DNA from: Beijerinckiaceae bacterium
GTDB lineage: Bacteria > Pseudomonadota > Alphaproteobacteria > Rhizobiales > Beijerinckiaceae
NCBI GenBank assembly: GCA_965198485.1
Contig: CBDAPQ010000005.1
Span: 3,712,129 to 3,776,128, forward strand
Reading direction: 5' to 3'
DNA length: 64,000 bases
The first letter of the stretch is position 1. Each line of letters begins with the position of its first letter. Under the pieces are notes generated by a model. The model did not search any database and had not been told where the DNA came from. It saw nothing but the letters and a program-made list of their open reading frames with translations. This document shows positions 27,081 through 36,827 of this stretch, one piece after another. The position numbers were made by a program, and so were the translations under genes.

Positions 27081-28250
27081 ATGGACCGCACGCTGTTCGT
27101 CGTCGCCGACATCCCCGTCACGCCGTTGCACCTCGCCATCGCCGGCGGCGGCACCCTGCTGTTCCTCGTCCTGATGCTGCTTGTGGCGCTGGCGCGGGCG
27201 TCCGGACGCGGCCGGATGGCGCGCGAGGAGGCCGCAGAGCGGCAGGACGAGATCGACGAGCGCATGGCGCAACTGGCGCGCGCCTCGGCCGAGCTCAACG
27301 GGCGCATGGCGACGGTGGCGGAGGTCTTCGGCAGCCGCCAGGCCGATCTCGCCCGGCTGGTCAGCGAGCGGCTCGACGCCGTCGGCCACCGCCTCGGCCA
27401 GAACCTCGAGAGTTCCTCCAAGGCCTCGACCGAGAACCTCGGCCGGCTTAACGAACGCCTCGCCGTGATCGACGCCGCGCAGGGCCGCCTCACCGAACTG
27501 ACGCAGGAGGTGCTCGGCCTCAAGGACATCCTCGCCAACAAGCAGGCGCGCGGCGCCTACGGCCAGGGCCGCCTGGAAGCGATCATCAAGGACGCCCTGC
27601 CCGCCTCGGCCTACGAGTTCCAGTGGACGCTCTCCAACCGCTGCCGGCCGGACTGCTGCATCAAGCTGCCGGGTGACGACCGCATGATGGTGGTCGACGC
27701 CAAGTTCCCGCTCGAGGCTTTCACCGCCGTCAAGGCAGCGGCCGGCGACGAGGCCGCGACGAAGGCCGCGATGACCCGGGTGCGCGGCGATGTCTCCAAG
27801 CACATCAAGGACATCGCCGAGCGCTACTTCCTGCCGGGCGAGACGCAGGACCTCGCCATCCTCTTCGTGCCCTCGGAATCGCTCTACGCCGAGATCAACG
27901 AGCACTACGACGACCTCGTCGCCAAGGCTCACCGGGCGCGCATCATCCTGGTCTCGCCCTCGCTGCTCATGATGGCGGTGCAGGTCATGCAGGCCATCGT
28001 GCGCGACGCTCGCGTCCGCGAGCAGGCGCATCTGATCCAGGACGAGGTGCGCAACCTGGTCGCCGACGTCGCCCGTTTGCACGAGCGCATCGGCAAGCTC
28101 GGCACCCACTTCCGCCAGGCCGGCGACGACGTGGCGGCAGCGCTGACCTCGGCCGACAAGATCCTGAAACGCGGCGAGCGGATCGACGCGCTGGATTTCT
28201 CTGAAGGCGAAGCGGCGGCGGCGGGGCGGGCGCTGCGCGCGGCGGAGTAG
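27081..28250 (+). CDS. rmuC: DNA recombination protein RmuC
   Basis: N-terminal TM, coiled coil, then ...VDAKFPLEAF..., RGDVSKHIKDIAERYF and LFVPSESLYAE, which are typical of RmuC. Confidence 0.9.
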   Translation: MDRTLFVVADIPVTPLHLAIAGGGTLLFLVLMLLVALARASGRGRMAREEAAERQDEIDERMAQLARASAELNGRMATVAEVFGSRQADLARLVSERLDAVGHRLGQNLESSSKASTENLGRLNERLAVIDAAQGRLTELTQEVLGLKDILANKQARGAYGQGRLEAIIKDALPASAYEFQWTLSNRCRPDCCIKLPGDDRMMVVDAKFPLEAFTAVKAAAGDEAATKAAMTRVRGDVSKHIKDIAERYFLPGETQDLAILFVPSESLYAEINEHYDDLVAKAHRARIILVSPSLLMMAVQVMQAIVRDARVREQAHLIQDEVRNLVADVARLHERIGKLGTHFRQAGDDVAAALTSADKILKRGERIDALDFSEGEAAAAGRALRAAE

Positions 28251-28353
28251 GCTTGCAGAGCCTCATCGCAACGCGCCTTTCCGGGTCCTTCAACATCCGG
28301 CAGCGCCCTTGACGACGTCACCGCTGGTCGATGTGCACCTACGGCGCGGCGCT

Positions 28354-31230
28354 TTACAACGGCACGAGCAGCACCTGAGCCGCCGCGAGCCTCATCCGCG
28401 ACATCAGCCATTGCCTCTGACGCGCGTTACCGGACGCGATGGTCTCGAGGTGCGACAGGAGAGGCTTGTTGCGAAGCGCCTTTGCCGCCTGCAGGAGGAT
28501 CGTGATGGCGATGAAGCTCTCGTTTGCCATGAGGTAGAGGTTCTGGATCTCGAGCAGCAGGTCGAGGCCGTGCTGTGATCGTTGCGTGGAGAACGCCTTA
28601 CAGAGGCGGCTCGACGTCACCTGTCCGGCGGCGGGATATTCATCGCGCCAGGAGCGCAGGATCGAGGCCGCCTCGCGCGACCATTCCGCGAGGAGGGAGC
28701 ATTCGCCGACGATATCGGGCACATCGTGAAAGACGGTCTTCGCGTCGATGAGATCACGCGCCAGGCGTTCCTCGCCGACCGCGAGGATCGCGAGATAGTC
28801 GCCGAGGTGGGCGCGCCCCTCATGCGACGGGTCGACGATGCCCGTCGCGATGGATGACCGGCGCTCGTCCGTCTTCGTCTCGCGATCATGCGGCGCGAGG
28901 GTCTCGGGTCGCGCGACCTTCTCGAGCTTGACCGCGGCGTACTTGAAATGCGGCTGCTTGGAGACCGGGTCCCAGGCGAAGAGCGTGAGTTCGTTCGCAG
29001 CGCGCATTCGTCCCGGCGCGTCCCAATAGCCGAAGTGGAAAGGGATGAAGACCTGACCCGGGCCGATGTCGCCCAGGCGCGCGCGCTGCTCGACGGCGCC
29101 GCGGCGTGACGTGACCCGCACCCAATCCCCGGCTTGGATGCCGAGGCTCTCGGCATCCTCCGATGCGATCTGGACGAAAGCGTCCGCCGCGGCCTCGCGA
29201 AGCCCTGGCGAGCGGCCCGTCTTGGTGCGGGTATGGAAGTGATGGACGAGCCGTCCGGTCGTCAGGAAATACGGGTAGTCGGCGTCGGGTTGCTCGCTGG
29301 GCGGCCGGTAATCGACCGCCTTGAAGATCGCGCGTCCCGCCGGGTTGGACGCGCGATAGAACGTGGCATCCACCGGTGCACCGGTATCGAGGTCCTCGCC
29401 GTAGCTTTCGCAATAATCCGCATCGGTCGCAAACTTCAGATCGGTGTAGATGCGAAGGCTGCCATCGGGATGGTCCTGGTTGCACGGCCACGGAATGCCC
29501 GACCCTTCCGACAGTTTGGCATAGGACAGGCCGGTGTAGTCGCAGGGGCGCCCGCGGGTGCATTCGCGCCACGCCTCGAAGGCGCCTTCGGCGTCGGTCC
29601 ACTTGATGAGCGGGGCGCCGTCCTTGTCGCGGAAGTCCATCCGTGACGAAAAATCGAGGAAGATGTCGAGGTCCGAGCGCGCCTCCCCCGGCGGCTCCAC
29701 GGCCTTGTGGGTGATGTGCACCGTCCGACTGACGTTTGTCGTGCAACCGGTTTTCTCACCCCACAGGGCCGCCGGCAGGACCAGGTCGGCGAACTGCGTC
29801 GTTTCCGTCATGAAGGCGTCGCTCACCACCAGGAAGAGCTCTTCCCGGGCCAGGATCTCGCGGATGCGCGCGACGTCGGGCATGGAGACGGCCGGGTTGG
29901 TGCCCTGAACCCAGAGCATCCGTATCGAACCGATCTCGCAGTAGCGGAAGATCTGCAGCGCGTGCGTCGGGCCGACCCAGTGCGGGATGATGTCGGGATC
30001 GACGTTCCACAGGTCCGCAAGCTCGCGGATGTGGGCGGGATTGCTCCAGTTGCGGAAGCCGCACATGTCGCCGTCGGCCCCCGTCTCGCGCGTGTTCTGC
30101 GCGGTCGGCTGGCCGTTCATCTGCAGGATGCCGCAACCGGGACGCCCGATCCGACCCAAGACGAGGTTGACGTTGTTGACCTGCACCGCCGAGGCGCAGC
30201 CCTGGTTGGACTGGTAGACGCCCTGAAGGCAACTCGACAGCAGGCCCTGCGATCTGCCGATGAGGTCAGCGGCGCGGCGCAAGTCGGCCGCCGGCACGCC
30301 CGAGATCGCCTCGACGCGCTCGGGCGTGTAGCTCGACACGCGCTCCTTGAAGTCCTCGAAGCCGATCGTGTGCGCCGCGATGAACGCCTCGTCGGCGTAA
30401 CCGCCTTGGATCAGCAGGTTGTTCAACCCGTTCAGGACGGCGGCGTTCGTGCCGACGCGCAGCATGAGATGCACGTCGGCTTCTTTCGCCGTCGGCGTCC
30501 GCCGCGGATCGATGACGACCATCTTGGGCGGGTTCGCGCCCCGACGGCGATCGAGGACGCGCATCCACAGCACCGTGTCGGTGTGTGCCATGTTGTGACC
30601 GACGTGGAGGAGGCAGTCCGTGACGTCGATGTCTTCGTAGCTGCCGGGCTGTCCGTCGCAGCCGAACGTCTGCTTCAAGGCCGCCGCCGCGGTCGCGGTA
30701 CAAAGGCGCGTGTTGCCGTCCATGTGCGGCGTTCCGAGCCCCGCCTTCCCGATCACGGCCAGCGTGTAATATTCCTCGAGGAGGAGCTGACCGGACGTGT
30801 AGAAAGCGATGGCGGATGCCGTGTAGCGGTCGCGGATCGCGCGCGTGCGCGAAACGAGAAGATCCATCGCCTCGTCCCAGCTTGCCGGTTCCAGCTGGCC
30901 GTTGCGCCGGATCAGCGGATGGGTCAGCCGGTCCGGGCTATTGTTGGCTTCCCAAGCATGGAGGCCTTTCGGGCCGAGGCGCCCCTTGTTCACCGTGTCG
31001 ATGCCGCGTCCGCGCACGCCCACGATGCGCCCATCCTTCACGCCGATGTCGCAGCCGCAACCGTTCGAGCAGAGCACGCAGGCGCTCTGCACCCACCGAT
31101 CCGGCTGGTCGGACGTCCGCTCGTCGATGCGCTCGGGCCAGCTGTCGTCGGCATCGTGAGTCGTGCGTGGACCCCAGACGTCGGCAATGCTGTCTCGGCT
31201 CACGCGCTTCATATTTGCAAGATCCCCCAT
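28354..31230 (-). CDS. Molybdopterin (bis-MGD) oxidoreductase, NasA/Fdh-like, with an extra helical C-terminal domain of about 186 aa
   Basis: 4Fe-4S motif CVLCSNGCGCD, then GPKGLHAWE, NTRLCTATA and a MopB body through ...SKQPHFKYAAVKLEKV. The frame then continues for 186 more residues. Start is ATG 31230 or 31212; the 1152-aa listed ORF is over-extended. Confidence 0.85.
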   Translation of the reverse strand: MGDLANMKRVSRDSIADVWGPRTTHDADDSWPERIDERTSDQPDRWVQSACVLCSNGCGCDIGVKDGRIVGVRGRGIDTVNKGRLGPKGLHAWEANNSPDRLTHPLIRRNGQLEPASWDEAMDLLVSRTRAIRDRYTASAIAFYTSGQLLLEEYYTLAVIGKAGLGTPHMDGNTRLCTATAAAALKQTFGCDGQPGSYEDIDVTDCLLHVGHNMAHTDTVLWMRVLDRRRGANPPKMVVIDPRRTPTAKEADVHLMLRVGTNAAVLNGLNNLLIQGGYADEAFIAAHTIGFEDFKERVSSYTPERVEAISGVPAADLRRAADLIGRSQGLLSSCLQGVYQSNQGCASAVQVNNVNLVLGRIGRPGCGILQMNGQPTAQNTRETGADGDMCGFRNWSNPAHIRELADLWNVDPDIIPHWVGPTHALQIFRYCEIGSIRMLWVQGTNPAVSMPDVARIREILAREELFLVVSDAFMTETTQFADLVLPAALWGEKTGCTTNVSRTVHITHKAVEPPGEARSDLDIFLDFSSRMDFRDKDGAPLIKWTDAEGAFEAWRECTRGRPCDYTGLSYAKLSEGSGIPWPCNQDHPDGSLRIYTDLKFATDADYCESYGEDLDTGAPVDATFYRASNPAGRAIFKAVDYRPPSEQPDADYPYFLTTGRLVHHFHTRTKTGRSPGLREAAADAFVQIASEDAESLGIQAGDWVRVTSRRGAVEQRARLGDIGPGQVFIPFHFGYWDAPGRMRAANELTLFAWDPVSKQPHFKYAAVKLEKVARPETLAPHDRETKTDERRSSIATGIVDPSHEGRAHLGDYLAILAVGEERLARDLIDAKTVFHDVPDIVGECSLLAEWSREAASILRSWRDEYPAAGQVTSSRLCKAFSTQRSQHGLDLLLEIQNLYLMANESFIAITILLQAAKALRNKPLLSHLETIASGNARQRQWLMSRMRLAAAQVLLVPL

Positions 31231-31501
31231 GCGGCCGGCCCGGTCCGAGGGGAACTTACGGTTTCCGCGCGGTCCGGGGTAGATGCAAATGACCTTTGCT
31301 CCCAACATCGACCGCGTGCTGCGCCGGCGTGCCGCCGCCAGAACGCTTGCCTCTTGCACCGGTCCGGACGAGGTGGACGTGACGAACCAGGCTGGACGCT
31401 CGTTCGGTAAGTTACCTAAGGCTGACGGCGGCTGCCAAGCCTTGCATGGCGGGACGCCTTTGTGGAAGGTCGCCGCCGATCCATCCTTCGAGACTAGGCC
31501 C

Positions 31502-32695
31502 ATGAACATCCATGAATACCAGGCCAAGGCGGTGCTGCGGCAGTTCGGCGTGCCGGTGCCGCGCGGCGTCGCGGTGCTCAAGGCGGAGGATGCCGAGGCG
31601 GCGGCAATGGAGCTCGGCGGCCCGGTCTGGGTGGTGAAGAGCCAGATCCACGCCGGCGGGCGTGGCAAGGGCACGTTCAAGGAGGCCGCTGCCGGGGGTA
31701 AGGGCGGCGTGCGCGTCGTCAAATCCGTCGCGGCGGTGACCGAGGCCGTCGGGCAGATGCTGGGCAACACGCTGGTGACGCTGCAGACCGGCGCCGAGGG
31801 GCGCCAGGTCAACCGCGTCTACGTCGAGGACGGCTCGGCCATCGCCAAGGAGTTCTATCTCTCCATCCTGGTCGACCGCGAGACCAGCCGCGTCTCCTTC
31901 GTCGTCTCGACCGAGGGCGGCATGGACATCGAGGAGGTGGCGGCCCACCACCCCGAGCGCATCACCACCTTCTCGGTCGATCCGGCGACCGGCGTGCAGC
32001 CGCACCACGGCCGCACCGTGGCCAAGGCGCTGGGCCTCGAGGGCGACCAGGCGCGCCAGGTCGCGAAGATCGTCGCCCAGCTCTACGAGGCCTTCGTCGC
32101 CAAGGACATGGCGATGTTGGAGGTCAACCCGCTGATCCTCTCGGCCGAGGGCGACCTGCGCTGCCTCGATGCCAAGATCTCGTTCGACTCGAACGCGATC
32201 TACCGCCACCCCGACGTCGCCGCGCTGCGCGACGAGAGCGAGGAGGACGCCAAGGAGATCGAGGCCTCGAAGTACGATCTCTCCTATGTCACGCTCAACG
32301 GAACGATCGGATGCATGGTGAACGGCGCCGGCCTCGCCATGGCGACGATGGACATCATCAAGCTCTACGGCCAGGAGCCGGCGAATTTCTTGGACGTCGG
32401 CGGCGGCGCCACCAAGGAGAAGGTGACGGCAGCCTTCAAGATCATCACCGCCGACCCCAACGTGAAGGGGATCCTCGTCAACATCTTCGGCGGCATCATG
32501 AAATGCGACATCATCGCGGAAGGCGTCATCGCCGCGGTGAGGGACGTCGGCCTGAAGGTGCCGCTGGTGGTGCGCCTCGAAGGCACCAACGTCGAGCTCG
32601 GCAAGGCAATCATCGCTAAGTCCGGCCTCAACGTGATTCCCGCCGACGACCTCGACGACGCCGCGCAGAAGATCGTCCACGCCATCGCCGCGTAG
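31502..32695 (+). CDS. sucC: Succinate--CoA ligase (ADP-forming) beta subunit
   Basis: [22 protein letters not shown]..., [14 protein letters not shown] and [18 protein letters not shown]. Confidence 0.95.
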   Translation: MNIHEYQAKAVLRQFGVPVPRGVAVLKAEDAEAAAMELGGPVWVVKSQIHAGGRGKGTFKEAAAGGKGGVRVVKSVAAVTEAVGQMLGNTLVTLQTGAEGRQVNRVYVEDGSAIAKEFYLSILVDRETSRVSFVVSTEGGMDIEEVAAHHPERITTFSVDPATGVQPHHGRTVAKALGLEGDQARQVAKIVAQLYEAFVAKDMAMLEVNPLILSAEGDLRCLDAKISFDSNAIYRHPDVAALRDESEEDAKEIEASKYDLSYVTLNGTIGCMVNGAGLAMATMDIIKLYGQEPANFLDVGGGATKEKVTAAFKIITADPNVKGILVNIFGGIMKCDIIAEGVIAAVRDVGLKVPLVVRLEGTNVELGKAIIAKSGLNVIPADDLDDAAQKIVHAIAA

Positions 32696-33011
32696 GAAAG
32701 TAGACGGCGGCCGTTTCGGTGCGCACCGAGCCGGCCGGATCGCCTTGGTTGCGGCACGTGCCTTGCGCCGGCGTCCAGGCATGAAAACCTGTTTCGTTCC
32801 GAAACAGACCTGCGCCGCGTCGGGAACGAGCCGGGCGGCGCGAAGATTTCACCATTGTTGACGCGTCCGCTTCTGGGTCAGGCGCGCTTCGTTGCTGACG
32901 TTGATCACGGCACTCCAAAGCAAAGTCACCAATTAAGTGGTTAAAAATGTGTTGCAAGCCCTACGAGCCTCGTGAAATAGAAGTTGTGGAGTTCGAGTGG
33001 GGTGTGCTGAC

Positions 33012-33401
33012 ATGCGTAGGATTGCTAATGCTCTGATGGCGACTGCCGCAGGCAGTTGGATGCTTTGCGGTGCGGCGACCGGCGCCAGCGCGCACCATCG
33101 GCCCGGCTGCAGCGCCTGCGGGCCGATCACGCCGGTGACGATCTACAAGACCGTCCATCCGCAGCAATTCGTGACCAAGTATCACGACGTCTCGAAGACG
33201 CACCTCGTGCACCGCGTCCGCCGCGTCACGACGGTCGTCCGCGTGCAGCCGATCCTCCACATCCACGAGGTGACGCGCGTGCATCACCACACCATCGTCA
33301 CCGTCAGCAACGCCTACAATCGCGAGACGGAGCACCTGTCGCCGATCCGCATGGTCACGCGCAGCGTCGAGAACCTCTACAGCTGCGGTTGCCGGCCGTA
33401 G
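33012..33401 (+). CDS. Hypothetical secreted His/Val/Thr-rich protein
   Basis: Signal MRRIANALMATAAGSWMLCGAATGASA. Cys pairs near both ends (CSAC ... CGC). No recognised domain. Confidence 0.45.
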   Translation: MRRIANALMATAAGSWMLCGAATGASAHHRPGCSACGPITPVTIYKTVHPQQFVTKYHDVSKTHLVHRVRRVTTVVRVQPILHIHEVTRVHHHTIVTVSNAYNRETEHLSPIRMVTRSVENLYSCGCRP

Positions 33402-33429
33402 CAATGGGGCGAGAGCAAGGCCCGCTGTT

Positions 33430-33501
33430 GCGGACTTGCTCCACTATCTGTCGTCGCTACGCTTCTCTTGCTGGAGCAAGTCCGCACTAGCGGACTTGCT
33501 C
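33430..33501. repeat. Three mutually complementary 12-mers (GCGGACTTGCTC / GAGCAAGTCCGC / GCGGACTTGCTC)
   Basis: Copies at 33430-33441, 33474-33485 (inverted) and 33490-33501. The last two form a perfect 12-bp hairpin with loop ACTA between convergent genes. Confidence 0.85.
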
Positions 33502-34346
33502 TATTGCGACGCCGTCTCGGCTTCCGCCTTCTCCTGCGCGTCGGCCCAGCCCTGCCGACCCCAGAGGCGCACCGTCACCTCGGCGCTGCCGTCAGCGACA
33601 GTGATGCGGTTGTAGGCATTGGGCTCGTCGCCGCGCAGGCGGGTCGAGGTGGCCGAGCCGGCCTGCACGGCGAGCAGGCGCGGGCCTGAACGGCGCCCGC
33701 TACGGTCGACCGAGACGTCGGCGGCGGCGGCATCCGCATCCGCGTCGGCGAAGCGGGCGTAATGACGGTGGAGATGCCCGGCGAGCGTCAGCCCGACACC
33801 CTGGCGGCGGAAGGCGGCGAGCGCCGCGCCGGCATTTCCGACGAGCCGCGCCTCCGCATCCCAGGGCGGCGGCATGAACGGGTGATGCCCGACCACGATC
33901 TTGAAGAGATGCCGCGGCATCGCCGCCAGCCGGGCCTCGGCGCGCGCGATCTGCCGCCGCCGGATCGTTCCGTGAGACCAGTCGCGCTCGGGCGCCCAGA
34001 TCCGCACCGTGTTGAGGCAGACGACGCCGATCTCCTCGTCCACGAAGGTCGGCTCGGTGTCCGCCGCGATCGCTGCGCGGTAGCGATCGAAGGGCCTGAA
34101 GAAGCGCTGCATCAGGTGGTAGGGCGAGATGTCGTGGTTGCCCGGCACGCCGACCCACGGCTTCGGCAGCCTCGCCATGAAGGCGCGGGCCTCGGCATAT
34201 TCGAAGCGGCGCGCCGCCATCGTGAAGTCGCCGGAGGCGACGATCAGGTCGGGGCGCCATGCCACGAGGTCGGCGGCCAGCGCGGCCACCACTTCGGGAT
34301 CGGTGCGGCCGAAATGCAGGTCGGAGATCTGAGCGATGCGCCTCAT
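33501..34346 (-). CDS. Metallophosphoesterase
   Basis: [22 protein letters not shown] and VVGHHP motifs. Its start overlaps the upstream stop as ATGA. Confidence 0.85.
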   Translation of the reverse strand: MRRIAQISDLHFGRTDPEVVAALAADLVAWRPDLIVASGDFTMAARRFEYAEARAFMARLPKPWVGVPGNHDISPYHLMQRFFRPFDRYRAAIAADTEPTFVDEEIGVVCLNTVRIWAPERDWSHGTIRRRQIARAEARLAAMPRHLFKIVVGHHPFMPPPWDAEARLVGNAGAALAAFRRQGVGLTLAGHLHRHYARFADADADAAAADVSVDRSGRRSGPRLLAVQAGSATSTRLRGDEPNAYNRITVADGSAEVTVRLWGRQGWADAQEKAEAETASQ

Positions 34347-35230
34347 GCGGACCATGGGGCGAGAACGGTCAAGGCCTTGGGGCGGATCGTGTAGCGCAGC
34401 GGCGCCTCGATGAGCCGGACCTCGCCGTCGTTCATCACACGAAGTGCCCGCTGCGACGCGGCGAGGTCGAGCGTCTCGACGACGCTGCGCTCGAGGCCGG
34501 GCAGCCGGTGCCAATGGCCGATCGCGACCCCGGACGCCAGGCGCAGCGTGCGCCAGAGCGAGAGCTTGCGCAGCAGGTAGACGGTGAGCCGTCCGCCATC
34601 GAGCGGCTCGCGCATCAGGATCTCGCCGCGCCGCTCGACGAAATCGTTGTTGACGACCGCCAGCAGGTGCAGCCGCCATGGCTCCTCGCCGCCGTCGATC
34701 TTGGCCGTCAGCTCGGTACGCGGATAGCGCCGGAGGTGTCGCGCGAAGCCGCCGAAGAAGCGCGCGACCCCGCGCCCATCGAGACCCTCCCGTTGCGCCT
34801 CGCGGTGCCTGGCCATGCGAGCCGGCATCCCGATCATCGAGCTGGTGATGAAGACGTGGCCGTTGACGTCGCCGAGGTCGATGCGGCGCGCTGCGCCGTC
34901 GCGGACCACGGCGATCGCCGCGTCGAGGGCGAGCGGCACGCCGAGATCCTTGGCCAGGAGGTTCATGGTGCCCAACGGGAGCACGCCGAGCGGCAGGTCG
35001 CGCCCGGCCATCACGCTCGCCGCGCAGGCCATCGTGCCGTCGCCGCCGGCGACCACCAGGGCGGCGATGCCCGGCAATCCCGCCGCGGCCTGCAGCCGCG
35101 CCGGCAGCTCGGCATCGGGGTCGGGCTCGGACACGGCCTCCAGCCCTGCCGCCGCGACCTTCTCGCGGACGACCTTCGGCGTGTGATCACCGGAGCCGGC
35201 GCTCGCGTTCACGACGAGTGCGATACGCAT
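34343..35230 (-). CDS. Diacylglycerol kinase-family lipid kinase (YegS/BmrU-like)
   Basis: [14 protein letters not shown]..., [10 protein letters not shown] and [17 protein letters not shown]. Confidence 0.85.
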   Translation of the reverse strand: MRIALVVNASAGSGDHTPKVVREKVAAAGLEAVSEPDPDAELPARLQAAAGLPGIAALVVAGGDGTMACAASVMAGRDLPLGVLPLGTMNLLAKDLGVPLALDAAIAVVRDGAARRIDLGDVNGHVFITSSMIGMPARMARHREAQREGLDGRGVARFFGGFARHLRRYPRTELTAKIDGGEEPWRLHLLAVVNNDFVERRGEILMREPLDGGRLTVYLLRKLSLWRTLRLASGVAIGHWHRLPGLERSVVETLDLAASQRALRVMNDGEVRLIEAPLRYTIRPKALTVLAPWSA

Positions 35231-35747
35231 TGTTGTTCCTCGGCACGATCAGCGCCATAGGACAAGGATACGTCGTGCGTATGTCAGTCGAGGCCGGATT
35301 GTGCACTTGGCAGGTCGGGTTGGCCGGTCCGGTCGCGTTCGCTCCAGCGTGGAGACGAGGTCCGACGCCGGAGACATTCCAGCAGCCTCGGTCCGGATCT
35401 CACCCGTTTGGGTCACGACGGGGCCGAGCCGGTCCTCTATCGATCGTCTCATGGCGCGTGGCCCGATCCTCAAACCCTACCTTTTCTGCGTCGCCACGAG
35501 GCGGGAAAGGTTTTCCGTCGGCTTCAAGGCCGTGGACGATGCCGCTGCCCTGGCGCACGCCTCGCGATGGCTCGCCAACAACCCTGTCGACGAGGACGGC
35601 ACCAGCAGGGTGATCGGACCCGACGGTCGCGACGTCGCGCGGGTGCCGCCGACCGCCGGCCTCGACATGGCAGGCGCCGTCCCGGCGACGCCTGACTGCG
35701 GCGTGGGACGCTGATCCGCGTCTCTGGACGCGCCGAGGCGATGCGGT

Positions 35748-36827
35748 TCAGTCGCGCACCTGCAGCGGCGCCGGCACGGCCAGCCCGGGCGGGATCGGGA
35801 ACAGGCTCGTCTCGAGGCGGCGGACCGCGTCGGGATCGCTCGCGGCCTTGTCGGGGTGCAGGATCGCCGCGAGCGCGACGGCGCCGACGAGGCGGTTGAG
35901 CGAGGGCGCCCCGGTCAGCACCTTGTAGGGCTCTCCGGCATCGAGCACGAACCTGGTGCCTTTGGGCAGGGCAGCCCGCAGCGGCGATCGCAGCGCCTCG
36001 AGGTCGGAAACGACGACCACCGCCGGCTTCAGCGCCACCACGGCGTCGATGTCCATGCGGCGGAACGTGCCGCCGCCGCCCGCGACGACGTTGCGGCCGC
36101 CGGCGAGGCGGATCGGCTCGTCGAAGGAGGTGCCGGCGCGCACCGCGCTGAGGCCGTCGGCGCCGCGGGCGACGTAGACGGCGACGCGCTCGGCCTCGGG
36201 CAGCGAGCCGAAGGGCTTGAGCCTGTCCAGCACCTGCTGCGCCGCGCTCGCCACCGCCTCGCCGCGCTCGACCTCGCCGAGCGGCTTGGCCAGCTCACGC
36301 GCCACCTTCGGCACGTCGGCGAGATCGCCGGAGAAGAGCACCGCCGGCACATGCAGCTCCTGCGCGATCTTCTCGTCGGCGGCGACGTAGCGCGGCGACA
36401 GGCTGCCGTAATCGACCACCAGCCCCGGCTTCAGCGCCGCCACGGTGGCGACGTCGCCGGGCGCGGAACTGCGCGTCAGCATGGCGACCTGCGGCAGGGC
36501 GGCGACCTTGGCGTCGACGTACATCGCGTGGTCGGGACCGAACCCCTCGACCAGAGCCCCGAGCTTGTCGGGCGCGATCGCCTGCAGGAGGATCTGCGCC
36601 GGCGCGCCGGCCGGGACCGCGACGGACACGGGTGCGGCCACCTCCTGCGAGCGGCCGGTCGAATCGACGAGCGGCTCGGCGTGGAGCGAAGCCGACGCGG
36701 GCGCAGCAAAAGCAAGTGACACGGCGGCAACACGGGGCCAATAACCGAGACCGCGCGCGGACACGGCTCGCCTGCGCCGACCGTCGCTGTCATCGCACCG
36801 CCATGCAGGAAGACTACGCTTTGCCAT
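35748..36827 (-). CDS. Periplasmic substrate-binding protein (Fe-siderophore/cobalamin-type ABC PBP)
   Basis: LKPGLVVDYGS, VYVARGADGL and AVVALKPAVVVV resemble the class-8 PBP fold. The start is uncertain, because the listed ORF start overlaps the divergent gene at 36826. Confidence 0.6.
   Translation of the reverse strand: MAKRSLPAWRCDDSDGRRRRAVSARGLGYWPRVAAVSLAFAAPASASLHAEPLVDSTGRSQEVAAPVSVAVPAGAPAQILLQAIAPDKLGALVEGFGPDHAMYVDAKVAALPQVAMLTRSSAPGDVATVAALKPGLVVDYGSLSPRYVAADEKIAQELHVPAVLFSGDLADVPKVARELAKPLGEVERGEAVASAAQQVLDRLKPFGSLPEAERVAVYVARGADGLSAVRAGTSFDEPIRLAGGRNVVAGGGGTFRRMDIDAVVALKPAVVVVSDLEALRSPLRAALPKGTRFVLDAGEPYKVLTGAPSLNRLVGAVALAAILHPDKAASDPDAVRRLETSLFPIPPGLAVPAPLQVRD

Noticed and set aside
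25994-27541. 515-aa ORF spanning the EF-hand gene, osmC and the rmuC 5' end. Similar over-extension affects ORFs 28354..31812 and 18260..19630.
   Set aside because: Upstream extensions lack a signal peptide or any domain logic and overlap other well-supported genes. I trimmed each to an internal start with a Shine-Dalgarno sequence or signal peptide.
32789-32807. Hairpin CTGTTTCG-TTC-CGAAACAG downstream of sucC considered as an intrinsic terminator.
   Set aside because: There is no U-tract on the sucC strand and the stem is only 8 bp, so I did not annotate it.
35451-35714. Small ORFs with no support: 35451..35714(+), 53922..54179(-) and 57553..57759(+).
   Set aside because: They have no motifs, no clear ribosome-binding sites and no context, so I left them unannotated rather than guess.
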